From positions 46,821-110,820 of the forward strand of contig MU619244.1 of assembly GCA_025201805.1 (NCBI GenBank): 64,000 nt of DNA, read 5' to 3'. Numbering within the stretch: position 1 is the first letter of the stretch; every line of letters begins with the position of its first letter. Below the pieces are notes generated by a model that saw only the letters and a program-made list of their open reading frames with translations, did no database searches and was not told where the DNA came from. The stretch is from Parasitella parasitica NRRL 2501 (taxonomy: Eukaryota; Fungi; Mucoromycota). A program made the translations under genes and the position numbers. Below are positions 25,925 to 39,091 of this stretch, in pieces.

Positions 25925-27510
25925 ATGGCGCAACAAGTTGCTGACGATGAAGAAGTAAATAACCTAAAACGAGGACTAATAGTACCCAATGACAATGGGG
26001 AGGAATCTAGTTCCGACAGGAAAAAAACCAAGACTACCATCAATGATGAAGAATATGATGAGGATGAAGAGGAAAACGAAGCAGAAGACAACACTTGGGT
26101 GAAGTGGAAACAGTTCCTTGATGATAGGATAAACACGCAGAATCTCATGCAATTAAGATAGAGTTGCAGATTAATACCGCCACAATTAAATATTAATCAA
26201 CATTTCTGTGTAGTCCAGAAAAGCATCATGTAATCTGGTACGGCAGACTTCTGCGTTGACGAAGCTGCTTACCCTGGGATCTTTTTTCGAAGCTTAAAGA
26301 AGAGGTTTTCTGTATCGAGGCTAAGTCTATTAACCCGTGCTTTTTCGTTGGAGCCATGGCAGTTGTAGAGGCGGTACGTCGCTACTAATTTTTTTTTTTT
26401 TTTTTAAAGCCATGACCAATTTCTGTATTAGACGTCTCGAGATGATATGGCAGTCAGGATAGAAGATTTGAATAACATCTCAGTAGAAGGCTAAAGTTTG
26501 GTCGCTGAGAAGAAGCTACTCGCTGTCATCCTAGGAAATTTGTTAGTATAAAAAAAAGATGGAATAATAAAGAAATGCATTAATTTATTTTAGCCAACGA
26601 GAAATTTACGACAATATTCACATGGGGTTCTTAGCAAAATCCGAAATGTGCTACCGTTCCTATGTATTCGACACAAGTCTTAAAAGCTGCACACAATATT
26701 TGAGAGACAAAGGATACGATATTACATTTTTACCAGGAGAAATTGACTTGGAGGCAATGACCATCCAGTTGAAGGACAAGGGGATGACAGATGGTCGATA
26801 TAAGTATAAGGCTGATGGCATGATTTGCGCGAACGATTTTTCTAGCTTGGAAATTTTACTAGGAGAAGTTTCTTCTGGATATGGCAATAGCGACAGCAGC
26901 AAGGTCAGTTTTGACCATTACAAGGGAATGTTCGGTATACTTTCCATGATGCGAACCGTTGCACAAACATACAACAAAGGCACGATTGACACGTTTGGAA
27001 AGTTGAAAATTCATTTCTTTCATGGCTATGGTAGGCAACAATATCACTATTTTTTTTTTCTGTAAATTGATTGATTAATTTTATAAGGTGATGCTATACG
27101 ACACTGGAGTATATCTATGGAAACACAAGGGGCCTTCCTTATGAATAAGGAGCAGAAGGCGGTAGTTCCGGTTGACTTTAAAGAAAAGGATATCTCTATG
27201 ATTCCTTTCATTCAATTTTATTTGACTTTAGCGGTATGTAGACGGTGCAAAAAAGTAGAATAATTAAAAACAAATACAAAAATCTTATTTTCAAATGTAG
27301 GCTGGGTGTGAAGAAAGCTTGGAAGTAATCAAGCAGCTCAAAGAAGAACACAAAATGGCTGTGAATGCAGCGACGGGAAGTCAAGGTTCTAGACCAAGTT
27401 TGTTAAGCGTTGTCAATCCAAGCAAAATCAGGCTAAACGAAGGAAAACATATGAGCATTGTCGCAGAAGAAGGGCCCATGAGTATACCTGCTAGCCCGGA
27501 TCACTTGTAA
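25925..27510 (+). pseudogene. Spliced pseudogene of a PD-(D/E)xK restriction-endonuclease-like protein (Mucorales-expanded, Crinkler-REase-like family)
   Basis: YKYKADG...LEILLGEVSSGY...KVSFDHYKGMFG core; multi-exon structure; in-frame TGA (about 26257) and TAA (about 26492); first donor reads AT instead of GT (about 26158). Confidence 0.65.
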
Positions 27511-27851
27511 TTTTTTTTAAATGCTTTTTATTACAAAATATTTTTTTTTTCTCTTGTAAATACAATTATAAATGTTTAGCCTGGTATACTCTAGAGGATC
27601 ATATTTTACTATTATTTGCTACGTCTTATCGAGAGATTTAAAATGGAGTGACCATAGACTCGCTTACGATGGCTTGCTATAATTCACGAGTAGGAACAGT
27701 GCTTGTAGAATATGTGCAGTAGTAAAGGTAAAGGAGTGATAGTTGAGAACCATCATCCAGATATCTTGTTGACCTGGTATTTATGAAAGCTTAAAATTAA
27801 ATTAGAATCCATTCCTATACCACTTATTGGTACAAGAGGAGGGAAAACCAC

Positions 27852-28025
27852 TTCCCACTCCCAGCAGATACAGCAAAACCACTGACGTCTGCCGAAATTT
27901 TTCTCCGGCGAAGGGCAGGCTTCAAGTGGGTCTTCCTCCCACAATGACAAGTACGGCTCCCACTCCCAGGAGATACAGCAAGCATACTGACGTCTGCCAA
28001 GATCTTTCTCCGGCGAAGGGCAGGG
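27852..28025. repeat. Imperfect direct repeat, two copies of about 68 bp with a 105-bp period
   Basis: tcccactcccag(c/g)agatacagcaa...actgacgtctgcc.a.at.tttctccggcgaagggcagg at about 27852 and 27957. Confidence 0.85.
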
Positions 28026-28243
28026 TCATATGTAGTTATCACTATGCTTTTCTTGCACAAATAAGTTTCTTTTTCGAAATTAGATACTTAGCTTAGTCGC
28101 GCCACAAGCATTCAATATTCAGCTTACATAGCATGGTTTTTTATATTCTTTTTTGAACTTTTTTCAATGAGATTAATCAAGATGGGTTAAAGAGACTGAA
28201 GAACAAAAAAATATTTTTGTAGGGAAGTAGAGATTGAAGATTA

Positions 28244-29128
28244 CGTGTCCTTTTTCACGCATTAAGAGATGAAAAACAATAGTTTTTGGTGAAAGTCAAC
28301 TATGAAAAAGAAGAAAGTCTAAACCGAAAATGATGGCGAAGAAAAAGTTTTTTGCTCAATGGTAGCCTACATTTGCTCTTTCTTCATTTTATTTCTGAAA
28401 TTAATTACCGTAACAGTTCTTTTATCAAACATCAGTCTATACAAAAGAAATCATGCAACCTGATATAGTATGCGGTACTACCGTTATTCAAATGTCTTTT
28501 AATAATGATAACTCTGCTACTTTTCTCAAAAAATCAGAGAACAAGAAGAAACACTCGCACTAGTTACCATGTAAAGAAATTTATCATTGATGACCATTGC
28601 TAAAATTGCGAAACTTTTTGATTTGTCTTGGTCCACAGTAAATCATGTCATTGATCGCTATATGGAAAGAGAAACTGTAAAAGACTAGTTGCGAGGAAGA
28701 AGAGTTCAATCGCTCGTAAAACTCACCGAAGAGCATACCAAGTACATCATCCACCTGCTGGACGATGGCTCTTAGTTTACGTTAGGTATTATCAGAGACG
28801 AGATTTTCAAGAATTTTCCTAACCTTGCTGACAAGGTATTATCCACTCAGCAAATTCGCAAGCATATTCTTCAAATAGCTAGCTGGTTTCACGCTCGAGA
28901 AAACTGCCATGGTGGGGTTGATCATAGTATAAGTTTCTTCCCTAAATGCTCAACAGAAGAAAATATTTATTGAAATTAATCATCTTTAATCAAGACTTTC
29001 TTCATCTTTTTTAGTTCTGCACCACCACCATCATTTATAGTTTAGACTTTCTTCTTTTTCATAGTTGGCTTACACTAAAAACTATTGATTTTCATCTTTT
29101 TGAATGCGAAATCATCTAAAAAGACGCA
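28244..29128 (+). mobile_element. Internally deleted Tc1/IS630-mariner element with imperfect terminal inverted repeats of about 90 bp and TA flanks
   Basis: 28258-28336 (cgcatt..agatgaaaa.caatagttttt..caactatgaaaaagaagaaagtctaaac..aaatgatgg) matches the reverse complement of 29028-29107; TA at 28242-3 and 29129-30. Decayed HTH MTIAKIAKLFDLSWSTVNHVIDRY...KLTEEHTKYI; no DDE domain. Confidence 0.8.
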
Positions 29129-29468
29129 TATTGGTGCCTTGAGCACTGTATAAATATAAGCTTCTTGGTTTGGCAGACTTCCGCCAAATTCAGATGCTCT
29201 GTTAATTTAGAATTCTGTTCTTTTGACGATAAAAACAATGCAAATACGTCAATCCTGTCCGAATCCATCAAGGGAATCCCAAGCTAATTGAATGAATACA
29301 TCATTGTGAGACGATTGAAATTCGGAGAGCGCACCAAAAACGTCAAAATCGTTGTTGAGATTCTTTTGATTAATGTCAATTTAACAACCGTTTGTAAACT
29401 TATCATCACACTTGTAAGCAAAAACCTTTTTCTTCTTCCTATTCGACCAAATTTCAGATTCAAAAGAA

Positions 29469-30788
29469 ATGTCTACCAAGCAGAGAATGTCTGTGTCGTC
29501 TCAATCGTCAGACGAATACCTGCAACGGGTCTCTCCTCCTCTTGTACCTCATCATTTACATTCGCCTGAATCGAATACTACAGCACCGGGTAAGTTACAC
29601 ATGATTGTATACTTAATGCAAACAGTTATCTCATTAGGGCGTCAATGTAGACAACAAATTGGTTCCAGCAACCACTAGTACACAGAAACCAGATGATGTA
29701 CATGATCGTACGACACCTTATCCTATGTCAAGTACTGCGGAAGAACATACTAGTATCCCAAATGCCTATGTATCGAATACAGACTTCAAGCATGCCGATA
29801 AAACCGGAAAAAGGGTACATTGGACAAAGCGACATTGCATACTAAGGTGGCTGTGCTGTTCGATATGTTTTCCCCCTTGGGTTGCCTACATAATATGGTT
29901 TATTTTCATTGCTGTCATTATATGTATTATCGTTATCGGCGCCTTGCTCGGAAGCTTCAAAATGCCTACCATTGCGTTCGCTGGACTGAATTCAACGCTG
30001 CCTGATGGTACTCAGCAAGTTGAATTCAGTAGCACGGGGGTTGTCATTAATGCAGGCTTGATTTTGAATGTGATTAACTCCAATGTCTTGAGTATGAAGT
30101 TATCAAATTTGACAGCCAAGGTTAGTTGATACAATTGACACAAATGGACAAACTGTGTCGTCGAGATTAACTTTACCTATAAAAGGCATATTATCCCATA
30201 AATGGCACAATGGTTCAGATCGGAAAGGGTCATTTGGACTATCAGTTTGTTCCAAAGAAGAGTGATATCAATTTCACATATCCATTCGAGATTGATTACA
30301 GTCCCTCAGATCCAAATGCAAAGTATTTTTTAAATAGTATTTCAGATAAATGTGGATTCACTGGAAACTCTCCTTCCGATATTGCTATTAGCTATGAAGT
30401 TTCTTTAAATGCTCAAGTTTTATTTGTACACGTTAGCCCTACGATATCGTCAGCAGCTAGTTTTGCGTGCCCGTTCCAGGTAAAGCTTAATACGCCTACT
30501 TGATTCATGTCTTAGTAACATCTACTACCTAGAACGGCGAAATTCCAGGATTATCTTCTAATGGTGGCGAGCTAGACGTAATTTTAGGTGGGCTTGGTGC
30601 GAAAGTCAACAGCAGTGCAAGTGCATCTGCTCATCCGAACCTCGCTCCGAGATCAGAAGCAAGAGCAACGGCATCTGCGTCTTCCTCATCAGGTATGCTA
30701 TCAAAAACTACCAGTACTACCAAGGTTGGAATCGCATCTACTGCATTAGTATCAAGTAGTTCAGCAAGTACAACCTCATCATCCGAGG

Positions 30789-30830
<42 letters not shown>

Positions 30831-31192
30831 TAAGCGTTGAGCCGATGACTAGCCTCACTCCTACATTTGCTGCTCATGTTACATTCGCCCCCTCTAGACT
30901 TGCCTCATTTCTAGTGTTGCCTACTTCTGTAACCACTCCTCCTGCTAGCGTTCAACCTCAACTGATGCACACCTCTAGTCAGCATAGCAGCGACACTCCA
31001 GCTGCATTCCATTCCAGCGCAAGTACAATTGCATTATCAACGCCGTCAAGTGCTGCACCTGATGCTACACCCACGTCTGATGATGAAGGAGAAGACGATC
31101 AAGGTGATGAGAATCATAATGACAATGAAGATGATGAAGATGGCGGCGATGGTGATAACCGAAACGATTATAAAGAAATTGATGATGATTAG
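29469..31192 (+). CDS. Single-pass membrane protein with a LEA_2-like luminal domain and S/T-rich, acidic tail; 4 exons
   Basis: Cys-rich juxtamembrane region and TM WVAYIIWFIFIAVIICIIVIGALLG; NVINSNVLSMKLSNLTAKAYYP; FTYPFEIDY..KCG. Last exon from 30533 is in frame with the 30695-31192 ORF. Confidence 0.75.
30791..30828. repeat. (ACT)n microsatellite encoding poly-Thr
   Basis: About 12 perfect act units. Confidence 0.9.
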
Positions 31193-31409
31193 CTAGATTA
31201 TATTTATTTTCGCAGCTTTTCCTTGCATGCAGAATCAGATTGCCGTTTATTGATATTGCGGTGCATGGCAGAATTCTAAATGCTTGATATTTTTAGATAT
31301 TTATGCAAATTCGTGATTGTAACATACCCCCCCTCTTTCCTCCTAACTACTGAACATTTCGAAATTTTATTTACATGATTATTAAAAAAAAAACAAAAAA
31401 GGTGCTATT

Positions 31410-34400
31410 TTAATGCTGATTGGTATTTCGTCTTGAATTTGATGCGTAATGAGTGTTTGTTCCTGAGCTGCGAATACTAGTATTTGAAATTGATGCCGCT
31501 GAAGACACGGGAGTCGCTCTTTGTTTACCCCTTCGCTCAGAATTAATGTTGTTCAAAGTTTCATTGTTATAAGAGGATGGATAACGAGGGCTGTTAGCTA
31601 TATTATTGCTACTATTAGGAGTAGACGAAGACATCCCCATGGGACTATAAGGTTGTTGCTGCTGCATTATTGGAGAATGTGGCATCATACGAGGATCGTA
31701 CATCGTCATAGGCTGTGGTGGCATCATTCTGGGATCCATCATGGACATCATTCTTGGGTCCATCATCCTTGGGTCCATCATTCTCGGATCCATCATTGGC
31801 ATCATCATTGGCATTATGCCAGCGTTGTAAGATTGCATGTACTAGAATATCAGACATTTGTCAGACCCACTCTTTTTCTTACTTCGAATCATACACTAGA
31901 TATTTACCTGATGCATCATCATTTGTTGCTGCCTTTGCTCCAGCATCATACGCTCACGTATAAGCGTTTGGTCTTCCATCGTGTTGCTGCGACCAGCTTT
32001 CTTTTCGCACTCTATTTCAGAAATAACACCCATCAAACCGACACGAGGAGCCGGTTTCTTGTTATTATTAACGTTGATCATTGGTTGTCTAGTAGCTTTT
32101 GCGTTGCGCTCGACCTGTTTAGCCGAGACTCGGCCGTTTCCAGCGTGATGCAACAGACTATCGCGAGTAATAAAGTTATCAGCGATAGGCACATTGTCAT
32201 CTTCGTCGCCATCAACGTCCATGTCAGTCCCTGTGGCGCTGTTTGCATAATACGATTGAATTTGCTGGATTGAATCGTGGCTGCTGAAATAAGATTGCTC
32301 TACTCCAGTCATCATACGTGCATCTACAGAGGATGTCTCCCATTTATTAGAGTTGCTATTATGACCATAGGAGGAGAAAGGGTAATCGCCCATAACGACT
32401 GATCCAGCAGAGCCATACATGGGCCAAGGATATTGAGGCGGTGCCTGAGATAAATGCATCATGGAAGTACTTTTTTGTTGAGCATAGAATGGCCTGTTGG
32501 ACGAAGGCTTATAGTTCAAAGAGCCTTCGGATTCTGATGGACTGGCGACATGCTCCTCGGGGTATTTATCGGTATGTTGAAAGTGGCTGTTGGTTGGGGA
32601 CAAAACTACATTTGAGCAGCTGTCCTCAGGCATTATATCGTTTAATTGAGGCATAAAGAAATCAGGAGTGACGGGAATAGTAGCAGGAGAAACTTCAGAT
32701 ATTTCAGAGCTTGATTTTGAGGCGTTTGGAGTAACAGGCTTGTCAAAATATGATTTATCAACCGCATTCAAAGGCTTCTCTGGCTTAGTTCCTAACTTGA
32801 ACAAAGACTCATCACTATCGCTTTCACTTGCTTCCTCATCCTCGTCTTCACTGACGTCGCTAGCGCAGGTAACGGTTCTCAGTTGAGTAGGTTGGACAAA
32901 TCCAGAACTGCTTCTTCTTGACTGGCCAGGAAAAGTAGATCTGCTAGAGTTTGAAAGTCTGCGATTGTTAGCAAACCCGCTGTGTTGTGATGGTGGCGGT
33001 GCTGCTGCTCTTTCCGGTCCAAACGAGGATGACTTGTTGATGGACCCATACAGCACTTTTTGGTGCAAGAGGCTTGTGAACTCCTTCTTGGAATCTAAAA
33101 GAGTGCTTCCATGGCCAGCATCAACACCCTCTATTTCGTCTATTTCTAAAAATAAACCGATGCTTTCAGCGAAATTCAGCGATTGAGGGTTTTCAGGATC
33201 TTCAAGCAGTATTTCTGGCCTTCCGTATAGTCTGAATGCATCAAAAGAGCCGATCAGCCATTGAGTCAGCTCGATTGTAGTAGACGACATTATCAAGGCG
33301 CTCGAAGACGCACTGACCAGCTGTCGACCTCGTCCCTTGGGCATATTTTTGTACAGACTTCCCTCTAATTTAAACAGCGTTGCCATGTTGATCAACTTTG
33401 GCGATTCTGGGTACACAGTATAAGCTTGTACCACGTTCTCCAGTGTCATCATGGGGTGTTTGGCTTTTCTCGATTCAAAAAACATCATCTGTCCTTGAGT
33501 GCGCACGGGTTTCTTGTTGAAAAGACGCTTCTCGATCTTGAAATTGGAGACGACCGCCCAAAAGTTTTTCCAACCTGTTGCGCCAGGAAATCTTACTTGG
33601 ACATAGCCCTCTGTTGAAATCTGCTCGCTCGATTTTTTGGACAATAAGAGACTTTTGAATTGACGGCGACTGATGAATGATTTGGTGTAGATTTCTTGTA
33701 TACGAGAGCACTCAAAGCAGGACAAGCGGATTGCCAGTATCCAGCGATTGGTTTCATCTCTAGTAACTGCTTGCAGTAAAAAGCGATTCGCACCCGCTGA
33801 ATTCAGCGAAAACAAATTTGGCCTCGTTTCAGCAGTAAGGCGGCTTTCATTGACAACAGTTGAATCTGTAATGTTGATGTACTGAGGATACACATCTGAA
33901 TCGCCCTTGGTTTCAGAATCCCATAACGTCAGCACTGGGCCGCACAATTCGACATACCAGAGACTCCACTTCTTGGACCCACAGGAAGCGCCTTTTGAGT
34001 TGAGGTCGTTTCTCTTATGTAGATAGCCTTCCATGTACACCTTATCAGTGTATTCTTCCATCAAAACATGAGCTTCAGTGAATTCAGCAGGTGGGGCGTC
34101 ATTGTTCTGTTCAGACTTTTGTGGCTTAATGAATCGAGCTGGGCGCTTTTGAAAGGTGCTGTTTTGAACAAGATTTCGTATAGAACGAGGTCGTTTCACA
34201 GGATCATCTACTATGGCTTGTGTATTGGGAGCAAAGGTGGCTGGTAAAGCTATTTCTGGCTCTAATTCTTCGGGTTCGTCTGTAAAGTCCATGACAGAGT
34301 CTTCATCAGTAGGTGTTGCTGAGTTGTGAGTGTTGTAATCATCGACTGAAGCATGCCAACCTGGTTGGTTGAGGCCATATTTTTCTAAATACAGCATCCT

Positions 34401-34577
34401 CGAACGCCTACGTGTGGCCATGGAAATCTTCCTCTTCAAAGGCCTTGGACTTGGGGTATATTCTGATTGACTCATGTTGTCTGAATCTATAGTTATGTCA
34501 CTCATTCGCTTCTTGTTGTTGCTGTATCTTCTGATATTCATTGTACCATCGTCATCATCGTCCATAGCTGTCATCAT
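31410..34577 (-). CDS. PH-domain protein, Skg3/Caf120-like; intron at 31842-31907
   Basis: VYMEGYL...WYVELCGPVLTLWD...PQYINITD, SLNSAGANRFLL, AIRLSCFECSRIQEIYT, EGYVQVRFPGATGWK and DAFRLYGRP; Met-rich MMDPR repeats at the C-terminus. Confidence 0.85.
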
Positions 34578-37500
34578 TTTACTGTACAATATAATTAAAG
34601 GAGAAAGCAAAAGTTTATAAACACAAAAGATAAAGAAGGGATTAAGGTGTAAGCTCTCTCCGTTGGAAGGATTTCTCTATCACTTGTTAAGTAGAATATA
34701 AAAGAAATGGAAATTGAGACCAAACAAGAAAAACAAAAAGAGAAAGAGAGAGAGAGAGAGGAAAGAAGAAGGAATATAAAAATAAAGGAAATCACCATAA
34801 AAGTCCAAGTCAGGTGGATTAAGGGCTGTTTTGTTGTGTGTATTTTTCAAGGAGCAAGGTTGGACTTCTCATTTTAGATCACTGTTGGCTAATGATCTTT
34901 TTATGTATGCATCGCACACATCCAATCCGATTCGATCTTGATACTCTCTACATCCAGTTGTCATGGTTTCCACGGTGCCCTTGACTCAATCATCACTCTT
35001 TCGTGGTGGTCGGGATCCATTGTTATGAGTGAGCCATTACCGTCATGAGCATAGCTCACTGCACTTAATCAAGGCATCCAAGATTGTGTTTGTTGAATCA
35101 AATACATCATTGTGTATTTACACGTTCTTCTGGTAAGATTGAAAGCCTGCCTCGAGTAGCTATACCATTTCTTTTCGGGGCAGGAATAATCACCATTCCT
35201 GCAGCATTTGAAAGTTTTTGTGGAACTGGGCATCACTTTATCCATGTTTTGTTGGGTGAGTTGAAGTCAAGTTAACTCAATATATACTTTATTTGTTGTT
35301 GTTGTTTCTTGTGTACTAATATAATATATCATTATCTCATATTTCCGCATAAGCCATGTAGTACAGAAACTAAATGATTTGCAGTAATAACGTCAAATAT
35401 GTTCAATACCATGCACAGAATTGAGAGGAAACAAGCTGCCGTTCCGCATATATACGACGTATGCGCATAATAGTCAAAAGAAATATATCTAGTAAGTTAC
35501 TAAAATCAAATACTATATCTGTATGAATTTTATCAGATGTTCCTCTGATCATCAGATTGACATGATACTATTTATACATGGCTTTTGTGGTAATGGCTAT
35601 CTCTTGTAAGTTGGTGATTCAATTATAAACTCTTTTTCCTTTTTTTTTTTTTTCATGATGCAAAATTTTGGCTTCTGTCTTGCTGAAGGACACCTTTCTC
35701 TTGTCCAGATATAGCAGTGGTTTCCAGGATACAAAACCTCGGCACGGATCAAAAAGGAGGCTATAAATAAATTTGGTATGAAACCTTGCACCCAATTATA
35801 TTTATTGCACGATGATACTACAATGAAATAATGAATATGGTATTATAGGGGAATCACAACCCTCCTACCCTTCTCCTAGCATACAAGATAAATGAAGAAT
35901 ATCAAATCATTCACATATAGCAAAAATTACGTACTTTCTCTACAAAATGCTCCGGTGTTAGTTTAGCCATTCGCTATACTCTTGAAAAGAGCCTGATTTT
36001 GTCAGCATATAAAAGCTTATTTTATTGCATGTTGTGGTTCTCATGAACTGGCGAAAAGTGAAGTTGTTTATTTACTTTCTCATGTACCCAAAACTATATT
36101 AGAGTTCATTTGATTCTGCTTAAAAATCATGACTATGAGCTTTTTATACACATAAATGCTGACATCTCCTTCGTATTGCATTATTAAAAAATTCATATAA
36201 TACTATATTTATACAATTATTATTTATTTAATTAAAATAAGATGATATTATTGCGCAGCTAAGTTGGTGTGCATAGATCCATGTAATATTTCACATTATA
36301 TGAAGATTAGTCTATGTAATTAATTGTTACCCAAAGCAAACATTGGTTTATTACGGTTTCATTTGAAGCGTCACCCTGTGCGATTAACGCACTATTACAT
36401 AGAACAAAGCGTAAAGCTTAAAAAAAATCGCTAGACCATGTCCAATATCGAGTATTTTAATCTACTTCGCCCTACTTTCGACATGATTTACGCTGTTGAA
36501 AGAGTTTGTACCTCAAATCAAAATACATGACCATTTATTTCGCGCTTTATTGCACACGCACATTTTTTTTAAATTTTTTTTTTATAATTTTCTGAAGGTT
36601 TTATATGTTTTTAATTAGTTTTTGAAAGCGAGATATACAGTACTTGGTTTACAGCCGACTTCTCAAAAATCCGAAAATTTAAATGGAATTAAAAAAAAAT
36701 CAAACAAAGCATTTTATTCCTCGTTAAATTGTGTTTATTTTGCTGTATTCTTGTTATTATTATACAATACAATTACCAGTGTTGCGATTGATCCAGGAAC
36801 ATCAGCTGATGTAAATTAAATAGTTGGTCCGTGCTTTGACAGTTGATAAAGCACGCCTTATCTTGGTATTGCCATGGCAGCGGGATATTACGCTATTTAG
36901 CGAGAGTTGAGATGATTCGTATTTGATGATACAATCATAATGTAATATATCCGTAGTAAACCAGTAGAATGAAATGATATATATCATTATCTATTAAATC
37001 GAATTCTACGGGATTTAAGCCTAAAAAGACTATTTATTTAAAATCCAGGCATAAAAAGTAAAACTAGATGAAAGAATCTAGAGCTATTGCACATCTGATC
37101 AAAGTATAAGTTATCATAATTTAGACATCCTCTACTTCAAGATATACTTTATTATGCTCGATTTTATTACTCGATTATGTGGGCCAGTTCCAGTTAGACT
37201 CTATTCGAATCTTTCTAATAAAAGCCTTTGCATGGTAAGAAACAGGGCTGATCAAGTACTTCCTGTACTGCGTGAGATGAACAGCAGAAAGTTACGTTTA
37301 CTACCTATTTCCAATGTATTACTTGTGTCTGATAGCATTATTTCCCTCTTTTTAAAGTCTACGGAGGGGGGGGGGGGTTGCAAAATGCAACAGGATTCTT
37401 CTTTGAAGTTACGAGTTCTGCATCCTCGGGTTCAAACACTCAATATACCTAGCACTCTAGTAAACAATTACAAATCATCGTTGATAATTGGCGCAAACAA

Positions 37501-38680
37501 AGTAAAAAGCAGGCAGTGCCCTCAAGTCTCACATTTTGGCTAATAACCAAACACCATTACTTTTCAATGGTGTTTCTAAATTCTTGTATCAACTAACCTT
37601 CCCAAAGAAGCTGTGTGATACCCTAAACAAACTATTTACTCCTCCTAAATCAAAACTGGCACTTCCAAAACCAAATGTCATTATTATACAAAATCATATC
37701 ACAGAAGTATAATATATTCAATATGAAAAGGAACATGACATTTGGATCTACCCTGGAGAGTATATAAGCCCTATATTTTTGAACATTAGTAATAAACAGA
37801 TGTCTACCTGTTTAACTCCTGACAAACTAGATACCACATATTTTTACACGTCTTTATTGTATTTTGATCGTAATTTCACATTATTTTTATAATATTTTCA
37901 TAGTACGGTAGTATCTTCATCATTTATGAATAATATTAGGGAGAATTTGTTTTCACATGTAACATTAGATAGACACATCACCCAGTGGAAATTAAGTTAT
38001 GTTCTATAGCTATGTTCGTGCCTGATGTAATGAAGCATACATAGAACATGCTTTATTTGCCTCTTTACCTAAGCCTATCAGCGATTATATGCAATTTTCA
38101 TATGGTTTTTGCTGACACCTTTATAGATATTGACATTTGCATGTATAAAAATACTTTTATCAGATAGCGCTGCCCTTTGCTATGTTTTTCAGATTCGATA
38201 TTGGTTCGATGGTTTATTTAACAGAAATTATGGCCAATCCCATAAAAGCTATTAAAATTTATCCAAGAAAGAAAAGGCTCTTTGATCTTCAGGTTTATTG
38301 AAAACTGAGAGGTTTATAATAAAGCCAATTTAGTTTCCATAAACAATAGTGCCGATATAGCCTATCATCTTTTTATTTCTAATAGCATATATTTATACAT
38401 AAAAGATATTCTTCATATACAAGCTTGAATATTATACCATTTAGCAATACATAAGCGTGGTTTTTGTGTGTTTGATGTGATAGCTTGTGCATATTTTGGC
38501 CAAAGCCGATAAAATTCATCTGATAAAACAAAATGATATTCTACAATGTTTCTTCATCATCGAAAACATAAATATTTGGATTATCCATCCGTCTACCTTG
38601 TTTTAGTATCCGAGTGTAACTATAGATCAATATTGAAAAGACTTACTCAGCATCATTGCCAATCAATTGATATGATAAAC

Positions 38681-39091
38681 TTAATCCATCACATAATTTG
38701 AATTGGCGTGTAAAGCTTCTCGTTCATACTTTTCCTTTTCGTTACCAGTCAGCTTGCTCCATCGTTTAAATGCAATCTCAGTAATATCCGACATTTCCAT
38801 ACTGCTATTTTGAGATTTTATTTCATCAACCAGTTCATCGAACGCTGTCACTGGCCTTGATGGAACGTATTGCTTCCTCTTTCGATGATGGCTTCGGCGA
38901 TGATAGCAACGATCCTCATCGTTTGAGCCGAGATCATTGTCATTGCAAGCAAGGCTGGTTGCTGCTGTCGTAGTTGCTATCCTTGGTGTTATGGTCCCTG
39001 ATTTTGGCGTACAGGATATATCTAACAATTTGGTAAGTAAGGAGAGAAAGGCCATGGAATACAACAAATTTACCAGGTTCATCATATCCAT
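38681..39091 (-). CDS. Small protein with a divergent HMG box and a hydrophobic N-terminus
   Basis: PSRPVTAF...IKSQN...ITEIAFKRWSKLTGNEKEKYEREA matches the HMG-box pattern but with a shortened helix 1. Confidence 0.6.
   Translation of the reverse strand: MDMMNLVNLLYSMAFLSLLTKLLDISCTPKSGTITPRIATTTAATSLACNDNDLGSNDEDRCYHRRSHHRKRKQYVPSRPVTAFDELVDEIKSQNSSMEMSDITEIAFKRWSKLTGNEKEKYEREALHANSNYVMD

Noticed and set aside
27852-28025. CRISPR-like repeat-spacer array
   Set aside because: Only two long, diverged copies in a eukaryotic genome, with no cas genes.
35300-38600. Centromere
   Set aside because: No flanking LINE-rich pericentromere or recognisable centromeric motif; the tract is small and embedded among genes.
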